The notes beneath the pieces are model-generated. The model was given only the letters and a program-made list of their open reading frames with translations. It did not search any database and was not told where the DNA came from. The position numbers and the translations under genes are program-made. This document shows, in pieces, positions 49,574-59,178 of a stretch of 64,000 nucleotides of DNA. The DNA comes from Candidatus Poribacteria bacterium (lineage in GTDB: Bacteria > Poribacteria > WGA-4E > WGA-3G). Position 1 is the stretch's first letter, and every line of letters starts with the position of its first letter. The DNA lies in NCBI GenBank assembly GCA_965242965.1, contig OZ251518.1, forward strand, positions 4,544,001 to 4,608,000, written 5' to 3'.

Positions 49574-50887
49574 ATGAAACACAACATGCTCGCAGTAGGC
49601 ACTGCCCAAGTAGACATCACGCCGGATTATCCGATCCGACTCAGCGGCTACGGAAGCCGACGCACTGAATCCGAAGGTATCATTCAACGGATTTGGGCGA
49701 AAGCACTCGCCATCGGCAGTGAAACAGAAGAACCTGTCGTCGTGGTAACCGTGGAAAACTGCGGTTTGCCGGATGAACTTACCGAGGCAATCGCGCACCG
49801 TGTCAAACAGAAAACGGGGCTCTCCCGCGCGCATTTTGTCGTCTGTTTTACACATACGCACAGCGCGCCGTGCCTTACCAACGCAGCACCTTTCATTTTT
49901 AGTTCAGATATTCCGCCGGAACAGCAGGAGAAGATCGAACGGTATACTGGACAACTCGGTGAGTGGCTGGAGACGGTGGCACTGGAAGCACTCGCTAATC
50001 GCGAACCTTGTCACGTCGCATGGAATGTCGGTGAATTGGACTTCGCCAAAAATCGGCGAACAGAGGGCGGCCCGGTCGACCACGGTTTACCTATGTTACA
50101 CGTCACCGATGCAGACGGTGCCTTGCGCGCCGTGTGGGCAAGTTACGCATGCCACTGCACGACATTAGCAGGTTCGGATAACCACATTTGCGGTGATTGG
50201 GCAGGCTATGCGCAGGAGGCGATTCAGAAGGCAAACCCCGGTGCAACGGCATTAATCTCTATCGGTTGCGGCGCGGACGCGAACCCTGCATCGCGGATGA
50301 TGCCGATGCCAGAAGGACAACAGGAGGTTTTTCAGACGCGTCTGGCCTATGCGAAAAAGCACGGAGAAGCACTCGCGCAGGAAGTCCAACGCCTCCTCGC
50401 CGCCGATGCCAAACCGCTATCCAACACGCCGACAGGTTCGTTTGAACGGATAAACCTGCCGTTTGATACACTGCCGACGCTTGAGGAGTGGAAGGCACGC
50501 GTTGCTGAGGGAGGTGCCGTTGGCTATCATGCGCAAAAGCATCTCGAACGGTTACAGCGAGGGGAACCGTTGCAAACGGAGCTCTCTTACCCTGTCCAGA
50601 CGTGGCATTTCGGTGACGAACTCGCCATCGTCTTCCTTGCCAGCGAGGTGGTGGTTGACTATTCGCTTCGGTTGAAACGTGAATTCGACGCGGCGCGGCT
50701 GTGGGTAGGCGCGTATGCCAACGCCTTTCCCGGCTATATTCCATCGGAGCGCGTCCTCGCCGAGGGTGGCTATGAAGGCGGCGACGCGATGCTCTACTTC
50801 GGTCCGCCGACTCGCTTCGCACCGGGCGTTGAGCAGTTAGTGATTGATGCAGTGCATCGGCTGCTGCCTCCGGCATTTTTGCAGTAG
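49574..50887 (+). CDS. Neutral/alkaline ceramidase-like hydrolase
   Basis: DITP...L.GYG.R, THTHSAP, YACH.T, GYIP...GGYE; GGAGG RBS. Confidence 0.75.
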   Translation: MKHNMLAVGTAQVDITPDYPIRLSGYGSRRTESEGIIQRIWAKALAIGSETEEPVVVVTVENCGLPDELTEAIAHRVKQKTGLSRAHFVVCFTHTHSAPCLTNAAPFIFSSDIPPEQQEKIERYTGQLGEWLETVALEALANREPCHVAWNVGELDFAKNRRTEGGPVDHGLPMLHVTDADGALRAVWASYACHCTTLAGSDNHICGDWAGYAQEAIQKANPGATALISIGCGADANPASRMMPMPEGQQEVFQTRLAYAKKHGEALAQEVQRLLAADAKPLSNTPTGSFERINLPFDTLPTLEEWKARVAEGGAVGYHAQKHLERLQRGEPLQTELSYPVQTWHFGDELAIVFLASEVVVDYSLRLKREFDAARLWVGAYANAFPGYIPSERVLAEGGYEGGDAMLYFGPPTRFAPGVEQLVIDAVHRLLPPAFLQ

Positions 50888-50916
50888 AGAGGCGTAGAAT
50901 CTCAAGGAGTTATATC

Positions 50917-51207
50917 ATGACCGTGGATGACATTCAAAAAACTATCGCCGAAGCGAAGGACAACATCCGCCGTGATTACAAGGCAGAGGTGAAAGCCATT
51001 TTCGGTTCGTATGCCCGCGGTGACAACCACGCCGACAGTGATTTGGATCTCCTCGTAGATTTCTATCAGGGTGCCAGTCTGTTTGAGGTTGTCAGGTTGG
51101 AACGCTTTTTAGAGGACAAGTTCGGTTGCAAAGTGGACGTAGTCTCGCGCCGTGCTCTCCGCAAAGAACTTCGTGACGCTGTCTTCAAGGAGATGATCCC
51201 GCTATGA
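50917..51207 (+). CDS. Minimal nucleotidyltransferase (MNT) antitoxin
   Basis: FGSYARGD....SDLDLLV, KVDVV. Confidence 0.88.
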   Translation: MTVDDIQKTIAEAKDNIRRDYKAEVKAIFGSYARGDNHADSDLDLLVDFYQGASLFEVVRLERFLEDKFGCKVDVVSRRALRKELRDAVFKEMIPL

Positions 51208-51212
51208 GAAAT

Positions 51213-51598
51213 TGAGGGTGTTTCATAATTCGCTCAACGTGGCGGGGGACAGGCCCCCGCGCTACGGGAAAAAAAACGCCGCCCCTTCACGTAGGGCGAG
51301 GGCCTGTCCCTCGCCATGCCTCGCGCCGGAAAAAACGTCTCTTAGGTCCGTAGGACCTTAATGTCTATAGCCCTCGGCGACCGAAGAGATTTAAGGACCT
51401 AAAGGCCCTTGAAAACAGGACGACATGTTTTTCTATAGACATGTAGGTCCTAAAGGACCTAAGACAGCATCGTGACGATGGAGATCGCGGGGGACAGGCC
51501 CCCGCGCTACGGGAATGCATCGAGACCAGGAGGTCTCTCCTACCGGGAGGTATGGAGACCGGGTGGTTTCTCCTAGGGCGATTTATGAAACACCCTCA
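51213..51598. mobile_element. MITE-like element copy C (no flanking duplication)
   Basis: Both inverted ends present; flanks AGAAAT and CTTTCC differ. Confidence 0.8.
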
Positions 51599-54500
51599 CT
51601 TTCCAGAACACCCGGCAGCGGAATCCCGCGAACGGAAAGCGCGCGCTGCTCGCGTGCCAAGGCCTCCTTCTCTGCCACTTCACTCCCTGGCAACTGATGC
51701 TTTTCACGCTCGGCGGCGAGGTCTGCAGGATTTTGCTTTGTCCCCGTGATGCTCGGTTCGGCGCACAGCATCTCCCGCAGCCGCTGCATCCCCCGATGCA
51801 CCTCGGCATCGGTGATGCCTAACACCTCCGCTAAAAACCGTGCATCCAACACATGTCTCCACGCGTCGGTGGCGCACTCGTTATAGGGCTTCATCCGATA
51901 CGCCTTCAAGTCGGCGAACACGCGTTCGGCAGCTGCCAACTGTTCCTCCGAGAGTTGATAGACATCTAGTGTGAGGAGGGGCCCTAGGTTCGTCAGAACC
52001 ATTTTCCCCCGCCCGGGTTGCTGTTTACCACACTGCATCCAGTGGCAAAGCAATCCCAAAGTCGAGTTAGTCCAAAGCGTCCATGCCGCCTCGTAGCGTG
52101 AATCGCTGAATACGATATTTGTTAAGGAAGAGACACCTATTGAGGGCTCCTCTGTCCATGATGCGATTACCGAATTCGCTGTAAAACCGAGCAGTGTATG
52201 GTAATGCGTGCGGCTGTTCCGGTTAAGAATCCGCCGAGCCTTTTCAGCATTGTGAGTTTTGATTTTGGCTTTGTAATCGGGCTCAGTCACCATCGCCCGC
52301 TGCAAAGGTGCATTTACCACCCACAATGCATCGTAGCCGTCTTGCGTTCCGGATGAGCGTTCGCGCAGTTCAAACGCGCCACGTTTGCCTTTGTCTTTGA
52401 TATCGCGATGACTATAGCCGACTTGAGCAACTTCGCGTAACTGGCACACCGGAACATCGTTTCCATCCATCATCTGTGGCAGGTGTAACTTACCTTGACG
52501 GAGATGATATGCTGTCTGCACCAGTGACATTGAGGCTACGCGAGAAATGCTCCACTCGTTTTCGTCAATGGGACACTCCAACATTTGTCCCATGCAGACA
52601 TCTCCAACCATCAGTTCATCGCTTCCATGCGGTGCATCTTCCAACCGCCGTATGACAGGTTGACGACGGATATTCTCTGCCAGTGTCTGCGCTGACAGCA
52701 GACTCTCCGGACGCTTGGAGAGACAAACGAATTTCGCTCGTCCCGTGTTCTCCGCTACGCCTTTCGTCGCTACGACGATACACTCTGCCATGCTCGTATC
52801 GGCAGAGAACGCGCTATCATATCCACTCGCCCCGGCGATTGTTAACACCAGCACGTCGTGATATTCCTCCGCAAGCATACGACGCACTTTGTTCATTGCT
52901 GCTCCTGTTAAAATCGTTGATAGGAGGATGAAACCCATCACACCGCCATTTTTCAATTTCCGGTCTGCCATATCGACGAAATATGAACCGAGTCCGTTAA
53001 TGCCGTTTGCTACGCGAATATCCTTTTGTGCCAGAGCCTCTTGCATCGCTCCTTTTACAGCATCGGAATACTCATGGCTCTGGAAATGGGTTTTACTTGA
53101 CTCGGTAGCATTGTCTGCACCAGGGCGTGCAAACGGCGGATTGATAATCACGATATCCATTTCTCCATCGGGGAATTCACGTTTCAGTTCCGCCGTAGCA
53201 CTGTTCTCGCCGCCAACCTGTTCACCTTCCGTTTCCATCGGATCGAACAGCAATTGGCTATCTAATAATTCTAACGCACCGGTTTTGTAGGTGTTGTCTG
53301 CTTGGAGCCCGTAAGGTGCGGTTATCACCCGCGTCGCGCCGAGTGTCACTTCGGGATGCGCGCTCGCCATCGCCGCGAAGGTGAGATGCGTGCAATGCGA
53401 GTAAATGTCTGTCCCCGCGAGGTTATTCTCTAGCATGTGACGGTGGATAGTCACGCTGCTCTTGCCGGTTTTCTGCTCATAGAGGCGTTGGATGCGTTTA
53501 TAGACACCGTTCAGCAACGCGCCTGTCCCACAAGCGTAATCTGCCACTTTTGGGAGCGCGCCATCGTCGGGTAGGTTTGGACAGACGAGTGCAGAAAGGA
53601 GGGCGGCACTTGTCGGCAGCGTGTAGTTGGCTTTCACATATTTCCTGTCGATGACAAGTTTCTGGAAGACTTCCCCGGCGAGTTCGTGGAGTTGCGGCAG
53701 GTGGGAGGCTACGAGTGTATCGGCGGCTTCCCAGAGTTTTTCCAGCACCTTGTCCGCCATCGCTTCATCGTAGAGGAACGCCTCGCGCACCATCCGTTCT
53801 GCATCCTTGAAGATAGGCTGGTAGTTGACAGCGAGGATGGCTTCCCAGTCGGCGACAACCTCTGTCCACTGCATCGGGTGGACTTTGTAGTAGGACAAAG
53901 GTCGGACGGTTTCCATTCCGGCTTTCCCGGCGAGGGCATTTTGGAAGACGAAGGCATCAGTGAGTATCAGGCATGCCATGCGAGAGGTTTGTTCGCCCGG
54001 TGCCTGCTCAAGGATGTCGTGCAGTTTTTGCCCGATGGCCGGGATATTTGCGATGGATGCATCGAGCCACTTGGCGGCGACGTGGATGTCGTATTCCATC
54101 TGTGCGGCGGCCGCGTCAAGTCGCTGACTTGGCACCGCGCCGACTTGCAGTGCAGTAGCGATATCGGCGAGGGTGCCGCGGGCGTAACCCTCAGGTGGAA
54201 ATTGATACGGTTCACCCGCGGTTTCGCCGATGAGGAGATACTCCAAGTCAGCGGCTTGTTTCAGCAACGCTTGGATAGCTGCCCCTCGTTTGTTGCGAAA
54301 ACGCGAGGGATACCGAATCACCATAGCGGCGCGTAAGGTGTCGCTCACCCCGACGAAGTCGGGAGATAACTTTCTGCCCAGATACCGTGAGCATACTTGC
54401 TTCACGCCATCGGCGGCCGCGTCTGCCCATTTTGCTTCGATAGCCACGGTTTGGTGTCCGGGACGTGTCACCATCACATCGGGTTGGCGTTGACTCCCTT

Positions 54501-54600
54501 CGAGGGGCTGTTGTTGTTCTTCAAACTCCCAGCCGGGGCTCATATAGCGGAGTAAGCGCACCAGTTGACTGGTGACAGGATTTTCTTGTTGCCTGGGCAT
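51583..54600 (-). CDS. Type IIG-like fused restriction endonuclease/N6-adenine methyltransferase
   Basis: N-terminal QPDV...IEAK, DYACGTGALL motif I, INPPF motif IV, C-terminal TRD-like region; the stop codon lies inside the MITE end. Confidence 0.8.
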   Translation of the reverse strand: MPRQQENPVTSQLVRLLRYMSPGWEFEEQQQPLEGSQRQPDVMVTRPGHQTVAIEAKWADAAADGVKQVCSRYLGRKLSPDFVGVSDTLRAAMVIRYPSRFRNKRGAAIQALLKQAADLEYLLIGETAGEPYQFPPEGYARGTLADIATALQVGAVPSQRLDAAAAQMEYDIHVAAKWLDASIANIPAIGQKLHDILEQAPGEQTSRMACLILTDAFVFQNALAGKAGMETVRPLSYYKVHPMQWTEVVADWEAILAVNYQPIFKDAERMVREAFLYDEAMADKVLEKLWEAADTLVASHLPQLHELAGEVFQKLVIDRKYVKANYTLPTSAALLSALVCPNLPDDGALPKVADYACGTGALLNGVYKRIQRLYEQKTGKSSVTIHRHMLENNLAGTDIYSHCTHLTFAAMASAHPEVTLGATRVITAPYGLQADNTYKTGALELLDSQLLFDPMETEGEQVGGENSATAELKREFPDGEMDIVIINPPFARPGADNATESSKTHFQSHEYSDAVKGAMQEALAQKDIRVANGINGLGSYFVDMADRKLKNGGVMGFILLSTILTGAAMNKVRRMLAEEYHDVLVLTIAGASGYDSAFSADTSMAECIVVATKGVAENTGRAKFVCLSKRPESLLSAQTLAENIRRQPVIRRLEDAPHGSDELMVGDVCMGQMLECPIDENEWSISRVASMSLVQTAYHLRQGKLHLPQMMDGNDVPVCQLREVAQVGYSHRDIKDKGKRGAFELRERSSGTQDGYDALWVVNAPLQRAMVTEPDYKAKIKTHNAEKARRILNRNSRTHYHTLLGFTANSVIASWTEEPSIGVSSLTNIVFSDSRYEAAWTLWTNSTLGLLCHWMQCGKQQPGRGKMVLTNLGPLLTLDVYQLSEEQLAAAERVFADLKAYRMKPYNECATDAWRHVLDARFLAEVLGITDAEVHRGMQRLREMLCAEPSITGTKQNPADLAAEREKHQLPGSEVAEKEALAREQRALSVRGIPLPGVLESEGVS

Positions 54601-54601
54601 C

Positions 54602-55489
54602 CTATTCTCCGTCCGCAATCAACCCCGTTTCTCGAAGTGCCTTTTGCAGGATAGGGATATTCTCTATCTCCATCGGTGCGAGAGGCAGACGCACCTTCCC
54701 GTTCAGCTTGCCCATCAGTTGCAACGCCGTTTTCGCAGGAATCGGGTTCGTCTCGATGAACAAGTTCACTGCGAGGGACAGCGTCTTATAGTGCAGCTTA
54801 CGCGCGAGTTCCCAATTGCCGGCGTGGAACGCATTACACATCTCCGCTACATCTGCCGGCGCGATGTTCGCGACAACCGAGATAACCCCCTTGCCCCCGA
54901 CAGCGAGGATAGGCAGCGTGTTGACATCATCGCCAGAGAGGACAACGAAGTCATCTGGACAGAGGCTGACGACTTCACTGGCGCGTTTCAGTTCGCCTGT
55001 CGCCTCCTTGAGCCCGACGATGTTCGGATGCGCCGCGAGACGCGCAATCGTCGGCGAGAGGATGTCCGTGCCGCAGCGGCCTGGGACATTGTAGATAATA
55101 ATCGGGATGTCCACCGTGTCGGCGATTTTCATGTAGTGCGCATAAAGCCCGTCCTGCGTCGGTTTATTGTAATAGGGTGTGACTATCAGCGCGGCATCCG
55201 CGCCCGCGGCTCTCGCATGCTGTGTCGCGCGCAAGGTGCGCGTCGTTGAGTTAGAGCCGGTGCCGGCGATAACCGGCACCTGTCCGTTTACCGTTTCTAC
55301 AGTGAGTTCGATGACTCTGTCGTGCTCCGCTTCAGTGAGCGCGGGCGATTCGCCGGTAGTCCCGCACGGCACGATGCCGTGTGTGCCGCCATCCAACTGA
55401 AATTGGATGAGTTCCGTCAGTTTCGCTTCGTCAAGCGATTCATCGTCCTGAAACGGCGTAACGAGTGCAACATAAGAACCTTGAAACAT
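54602..55489 (-). CDS. dapA: 4-hydroxy-tetrahydrodipicolinate synthase
   Basis: GTTGES, TPYYNKP, YNVPGR, GLKEA, SGDD, ETNPIP.K. Confidence 0.96.
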   Translation of the reverse strand: MFQGSYVALVTPFQDDESLDEAKLTELIQFQLDGGTHGIVPCGTTGESPALTEAEHDRVIELTVETVNGQVPVIAGTGSNSTTRTLRATQHARAAGADAALIVTPYYNKPTQDGLYAHYMKIADTVDIPIIIYNVPGRCGTDILSPTIARLAAHPNIVGLKEATGELKRASEVVSLCPDDFVVLSGDDVNTLPILAVGGKGVISVVANIAPADVAEMCNAFHAGNWELARKLHYKTLSLAVNLFIETNPIPAKTALQLMGKLNGKVRLPLAPMEIENIPILQKALRETGLIADGE

Positions 55490-55513
55490 AACATCCTCCT
55501 CGCGCGCTTCTCA

Positions 55514-56425
55514 TTAATAATTCCACGCGTCTTGTGTCAATTCACCCGCGTAGATAACGCGAGCATCACCCTCCAAATAGACGTTTTTCGGTTCGCCATC
55601 TGACATATCAAAATGGATTTTCAGCACAACGCCGCTCGCTGTCTTAACAGAGACAGGCGACGTAACTTTCCCTAATGCGGCAGAAACAATCGCCGAGGCA
55701 ATTGAGCCGGTGCCGCAGGCGAGCGTCTCATCTTCAACGCCGCGTTCGTATGTCCGAATCTCCAGTCGTTCCGACGACTGAATGCGGATGAAGTTGGCAT
55801 TGGTGCCGGCAGGTTTGAAATCGGCGTGATAGCGCGCCTGTTGGCCCATGTCAAAGACATCTGTGCCATCCAAGTCGTCAACAAAGAAGACGACATGCGG
55901 CACGCCGCTGTTCGCGAAACCGACGGTATACACCCCGTCTTTCAATTGAAGTGGGACGTTGAGTCGGATGTCCGTCGGTTGGCTCATGCGAACCTTTACA
56001 TTATCGCCGACTACCTCGGATTCGTAAACGCCAGCGTTCGTCAAAAAGCGCATCTTTTCAGAAACGATACCGTTCAGATAAGCGAATCTAGAGATGCACC
56101 GCGCGCCGTTGCCGCATGTCTCCACCTCGCCGCCATCGGCATTGAAGTAGCGCATCCGAAAATCGACATCCGCCGTCTCTTCCGGTAGGGGGGACATCCC
56201 TGTCCCGATACCATCCGCCGTCTCTTCCGGTAGGGGGGACATCCCTGTCCCGATGCCATCAGCCTTTTCAACGAGCAACACGCCATCTGCCCCAACCGAC
56301 ATCCGGCGCTCACATACTTTTTTTACGAAGTTTGTATCGGTGCTATCAACGATGTTTTCCAGATTGTTGATAATCACAAAATCGTTGCCCGCACCGCTGA
56401 GTTTCATAAAGGGGATTTTGTTCAT
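55514..56425 (-). CDS. dapF: Diaminopimelate epimerase with an in-frame 2x15-aa repeat insertion
   Basis: GAGNDF, GADG, NADG...CGNG.RC, G.PH, ERGV..ETLACGTG. Confidence 0.95.
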   Translation of the reverse strand: MNKIPFMKLSGAGNDFVIINNLENIVDSTDTNFVKKVCERRMSVGADGVLLVEKADGIGTGMSPLPEETADGIGTGMSPLPEETADVDFRMRYFNADGGEVETCGNGARCISRFAYLNGIVSEKMRFLTNAGVYESEVVGDNVKVRMSQPTDIRLNVPLQLKDGVYTVGFANSGVPHVVFFVDDLDGTDVFDMGQQARYHADFKPAGTNANFIRIQSSERLEIRTYERGVEDETLACGTGSIASAIVSAALGKVTSPVSVKTASGVVLKIHFDMSDGEPKNVYLEGDARVIYAGELTQDAWNY

Positions 56426-56542
56426 TATAGGAGTTATCTCCCGAATATTGTTTTTTATTATGATAAAGGCATTCGGATTTTTCGTCAAGTCGTTTTTTTT
56501 GCTTTGTAAGGGAGGATTTCTATATCCTGTCTGCCCTTTACA

Positions 56543-56907
56543 TGAGGGTGTTTCATAAATGGCTCAACGTCGCGGTGACATACCCCGCGCTACGGTGAAA
56601 AAAACGCCTCCCTTTCACGTAGGGCGAGGGTCTGTCCCTCGCCATGCGTTTGGCTGTCGGATCGCATCACCTCTGTAGGTCAGGATCGCCTGATCCTGAC
56701 CTGTTTGTGATCAGGCGATCACAAACTACAGAGGGAAACACACATCGTGACGATGAACTCGCGGGAGAAACCCGCTCGGATGCGCGTGTGGCATCCGAGG
56801 GCCCCCGCGCTACGGGATAATCGAGACCAGAGGTCTCTCCTACTGAAGAAGACATCAAGACCGGGAGGTCTCTCCTACCGAACGCATCGAAATATGAAAC
56901 ACCCTCA
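56543..56907. mobile_element. MITE-like element copy D
   Basis: Inverted ends; flanking direct repeat TTTACA. Confidence 0.85.
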
Positions 56908-56908
56908 T

Positions 56909-57895
56909 TTACATACACAAATTTGCGTGCGTGCGGAGTTCCTCCACGATTGCCAAAACGTCATCATAACTATCCGCTTGAACCAAACGGTTGCGAAACG
57001 GCTTTACGTGCGGGATACCCTTGAAATAGTTGCTATAGTGGCGGCGCATCTCAACGAGCCCCACTTTTAACCCCTTCCATTCAACCGAAAAATCGAGGTG
57101 CTTCCGAAAAACCGCGATACGTTCGTCTATGGAGGGCGGCGGGAGCAGTTCGCCCGTGGCGAAATAGTGTTTGATCTCGTTGAAAATCCACGGGTATCCA
57201 ATCGCAGCGCGCCCGAGCATGATGCCGTCAACGCCGTATTTTTGGCGCATCGCCGCCGCTTTCTGCGGACTATCCACATCACCGTTCCCAAAAACGGGGA
57301 TGGTGATGCGCGGATTATCCTTAATCTTGCCGATGAGCGTCCAATCCGCCGTGCCTTTATACATCTGTTTCCGCGTCCGGCCATGAATAGCGATGGCGCG
57401 GATGCCCACATCCTGCAGCCGTTCCGCCACTTCAACGATATATTTGGTGTTTTCGTCCCAACCGAGGCGCGTTTTGACAGTAACCGGCAAATCGGTAGCC
57501 TTCACGATTTCGGCAGTCATTTTCACCATCTTGGGGATGTCCTGCAAAATGCCTGCACCTGCACCCTTACACGTTACTTTCTTGACAGGACAGCCGTAGT
57601 TAATGTCAATGATGTCGGGTTGGACGCGTTCGGTGATTTCCACGGATGCGCGCATAGCGGCGATGTCGTGCCCGAAGATTTGGATGCCGATGGGTTTTTC
57701 TGCCTCAAAGATGTCAAGTTTCGCCATACTCCGCGATGCTGCGCGGATGAGTGCCTCGGAGGAGATGAATTCGGTATACATCAAATCAGCACCGTTTTCC
57801 TTGCAAACGGCGCGAAACGGCGGATCGCTGACATCTTCCATCGGTGCCAGCAACAGCGGAAAATTGGGGATGTGAAGGGTGTCAATAGTTAGCAT
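56909..57895 (-). CDS. dusB: tRNA-dihydrouridine synthase DusB
   Basis: LAPM, DINYGCP, VTVKTRLG, HGRT, GNGDV, GRAA.GYPW. Confidence 0.92.
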   Translation of the reverse strand: MLTIDTLHIPNFPLLLAPMEDVSDPPFRAVCKENGADLMYTEFISSEALIRAASRSMAKLDIFEAEKPIGIQIFGHDIAAMRASVEITERVQPDIIDINYGCPVKKVTCKGAGAGILQDIPKMVKMTAEIVKATDLPVTVKTRLGWDENTKYIVEVAERLQDVGIRAIAIHGRTRKQMYKGTADWTLIGKIKDNPRITIPVFGNGDVDSPQKAAAMRQKYGVDGIMLGRAAIGYPWIFNEIKHYFATGELLPPPSIDERIAVFRKHLDFSVEWKGLKVGLVEMRRHYSNYFKGIPHVKPFRNRLVQADSYDDVLAIVEELRTHANLCM

Positions 57896-57943
57896 GATAG
57901 TGAGTTTCGGGATGATGGAACAGGAACAACTGCTAGATTTCGG

Positions 57944-58201
57944 TTATCGGATGCGCCGCATGTATTCGTCATGTTTGCCAACCCAATTCCAGACGAAAGC
58001 ATCTTCCCTTTCAAACGCAATAGCTCGATATCCCTTGGTAATGCGAATAGCCCAAAGCCTTTCCCCAACTTTCTTGAAATTAAGGGAAGGATGTTTCGGA
58101 TTTTTCCGCAGCAGTTCAAATTTCTGAGGGATACGTTTTTGGATATCCCGGGGAAGCTCCTCAGCAAATCCCCAGAAATCTTCATCAGGAATATGCTCCA
58201 T
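57944..58201 (-). CDS. RelE/ParE-superfamily toxin-like protein
   Basis: NPKHPSL.FKKVG...W.WVGKHDEY; starts 1 bp after the antitoxin stop. Confidence 0.78.
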   Translation of the reverse strand: MEHIPDEDFWGFAEELPRDIQKRIPQKFELLRKNPKHPSLNFKKVGERLWAIRITKGYRAIAFEREDAFVWNWVGKHDEYMRRIR

Positions 58202-58202
58202 A

Positions 58203-58532
58203 TCACTTTTCCAAAAATTTCTGAAGAGCGTCTAGGCTTGTGTACCGGCCCGCTTGGAAATTCGACTGCGCTTTTTCGATGAGCCAATCCAGTCTACCGG
58301 CTTTCTCGTCTTCCGCAATTTGCTTATCCCATGCCTCCCAGTCTGCCTCGAGGGTATCATAAAGCGTTTTTTCGAGGGTTTCCAGCAATGCCGCCTTCGT
58401 TTCGCCCTCGCCTGTCACTTTCGGATGTTCCTGAATCCATCCGTGCCATCCGTCGCCATTGCGTTGGATGCAAGCGGTATAGGTGAGTTCATCTTCCGCG
58501 TCGTATATCGCCGCGGTTTGAATCTGTGTCAT
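58203..58532 (-). CDS. Antitoxin-like protein (HicB-like N-terminus)
   Basis: Near-identical to the other two copies; AGGAGG RBS. Confidence 0.72.
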   Translation of the reverse strand: MTQIQTAAIYDAEDELTYTACIQRNGDGWHGWIQEHPKVTGEGETKAALLETLEKTLYDTLEADWEAWDKQIAEDEKAGRLDWLIEKAQSNFQAGRYTSLDALQKFLEK

Positions 58533-58547
58533 CTGTGCCTCCTGATG

Positions 58548-58808
58548 TTAAAGGATTCTTCGGATGCGTTGCACATATTCGTCGTGCCTGCCAATCCAAG
58601 TCCAAACGAAAGTTCCCTCATCTTCGCGTGCCAAAGCCCGATAGCCCAAGTTAACTCGGACCGACCAGCCTGCGCCGATCCTCTTCAGACATAGAGAGGG
58701 ATGTTTCGGGTTTTGCTTCAGCAGTTCAAATTTCCGATCAGCGACTTGTTGGATTTCCGGTGGGAGGTTTCGGTAACAAGCCCAAAACTCGCGACTTGCC
58801 TTATAAAT
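58548..58808 (-). CDS. RelE/ParE-superfamily toxin-like protein, start codon unclear
   Basis: FWACY..LP.EIQ..A...FELLKQNPKHPSL...WIG.HDEY; no ATG/GTG at the expected position. Confidence 0.65.
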   Translation of the reverse strand: MYKASREFWACYRNLPPEIQQVADRKFELLKQNPKHPSLCLKRIGAGWSVRVNLGYRALAREDEGTFVWTWIGRHDEYVQRIRRIL

Positions 58809-59103
58809 CTGTGCACCTCCCTGCGCGCAAATCCTCCAGAGCCTTATCAAAAAGAGAATCCAGCCTGCCAGCTTTCACGTCTGCCTCAATCTCTTTGTCC
58901 CATGCTTCCCAGTCTGCCTCCAGGGTATCATAAAGCGTTTTTTCGAGGGTTTCCAGCAGTGCCGCCTTCGTTTCGCCCTCGCCTGTCACTTTCGGATGTT
59001 CCTGAATCCATCCATGCCATCCATCGCCATTGCGTTGGATGCAGGCGGTATAGGTGAGTTCATCTTCCGCGTCGTAAATCGCCGCTGTCTGAATCTGTGT
59101 CAT
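58801..59103 (-). CDS. Antitoxin-like protein (HicB-like N-terminus)
   Basis: Start at MTQIQ behind AAGGAGG and a consensus promoter at 59132-59160. Confidence 0.72.
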   Translation of the reverse strand: MTQIQTAAIYDAEDELTYTACIQRNGDGWHGWIQEHPKVTGEGETKAALLETLEKTLYDTLEADWEAWDKEIEADVKAGRLDSLFDKALEDLRAGRCTDL

Positions 59104-59178
59104 CTCTGCCTCCTTGTATTGGATTGAAATTATTATACCCGATAATAATGCAATTGTCAAGAGAATCTGAAAGTTAAA

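Noticed and set aside
48842-49861. 339-aa minus-strand ORF and similar repeat-spanning ORFs (33443-33892, 41813-42250, 62217-62609)
   Set aside because: Made of REP translations and antisense of real genes.
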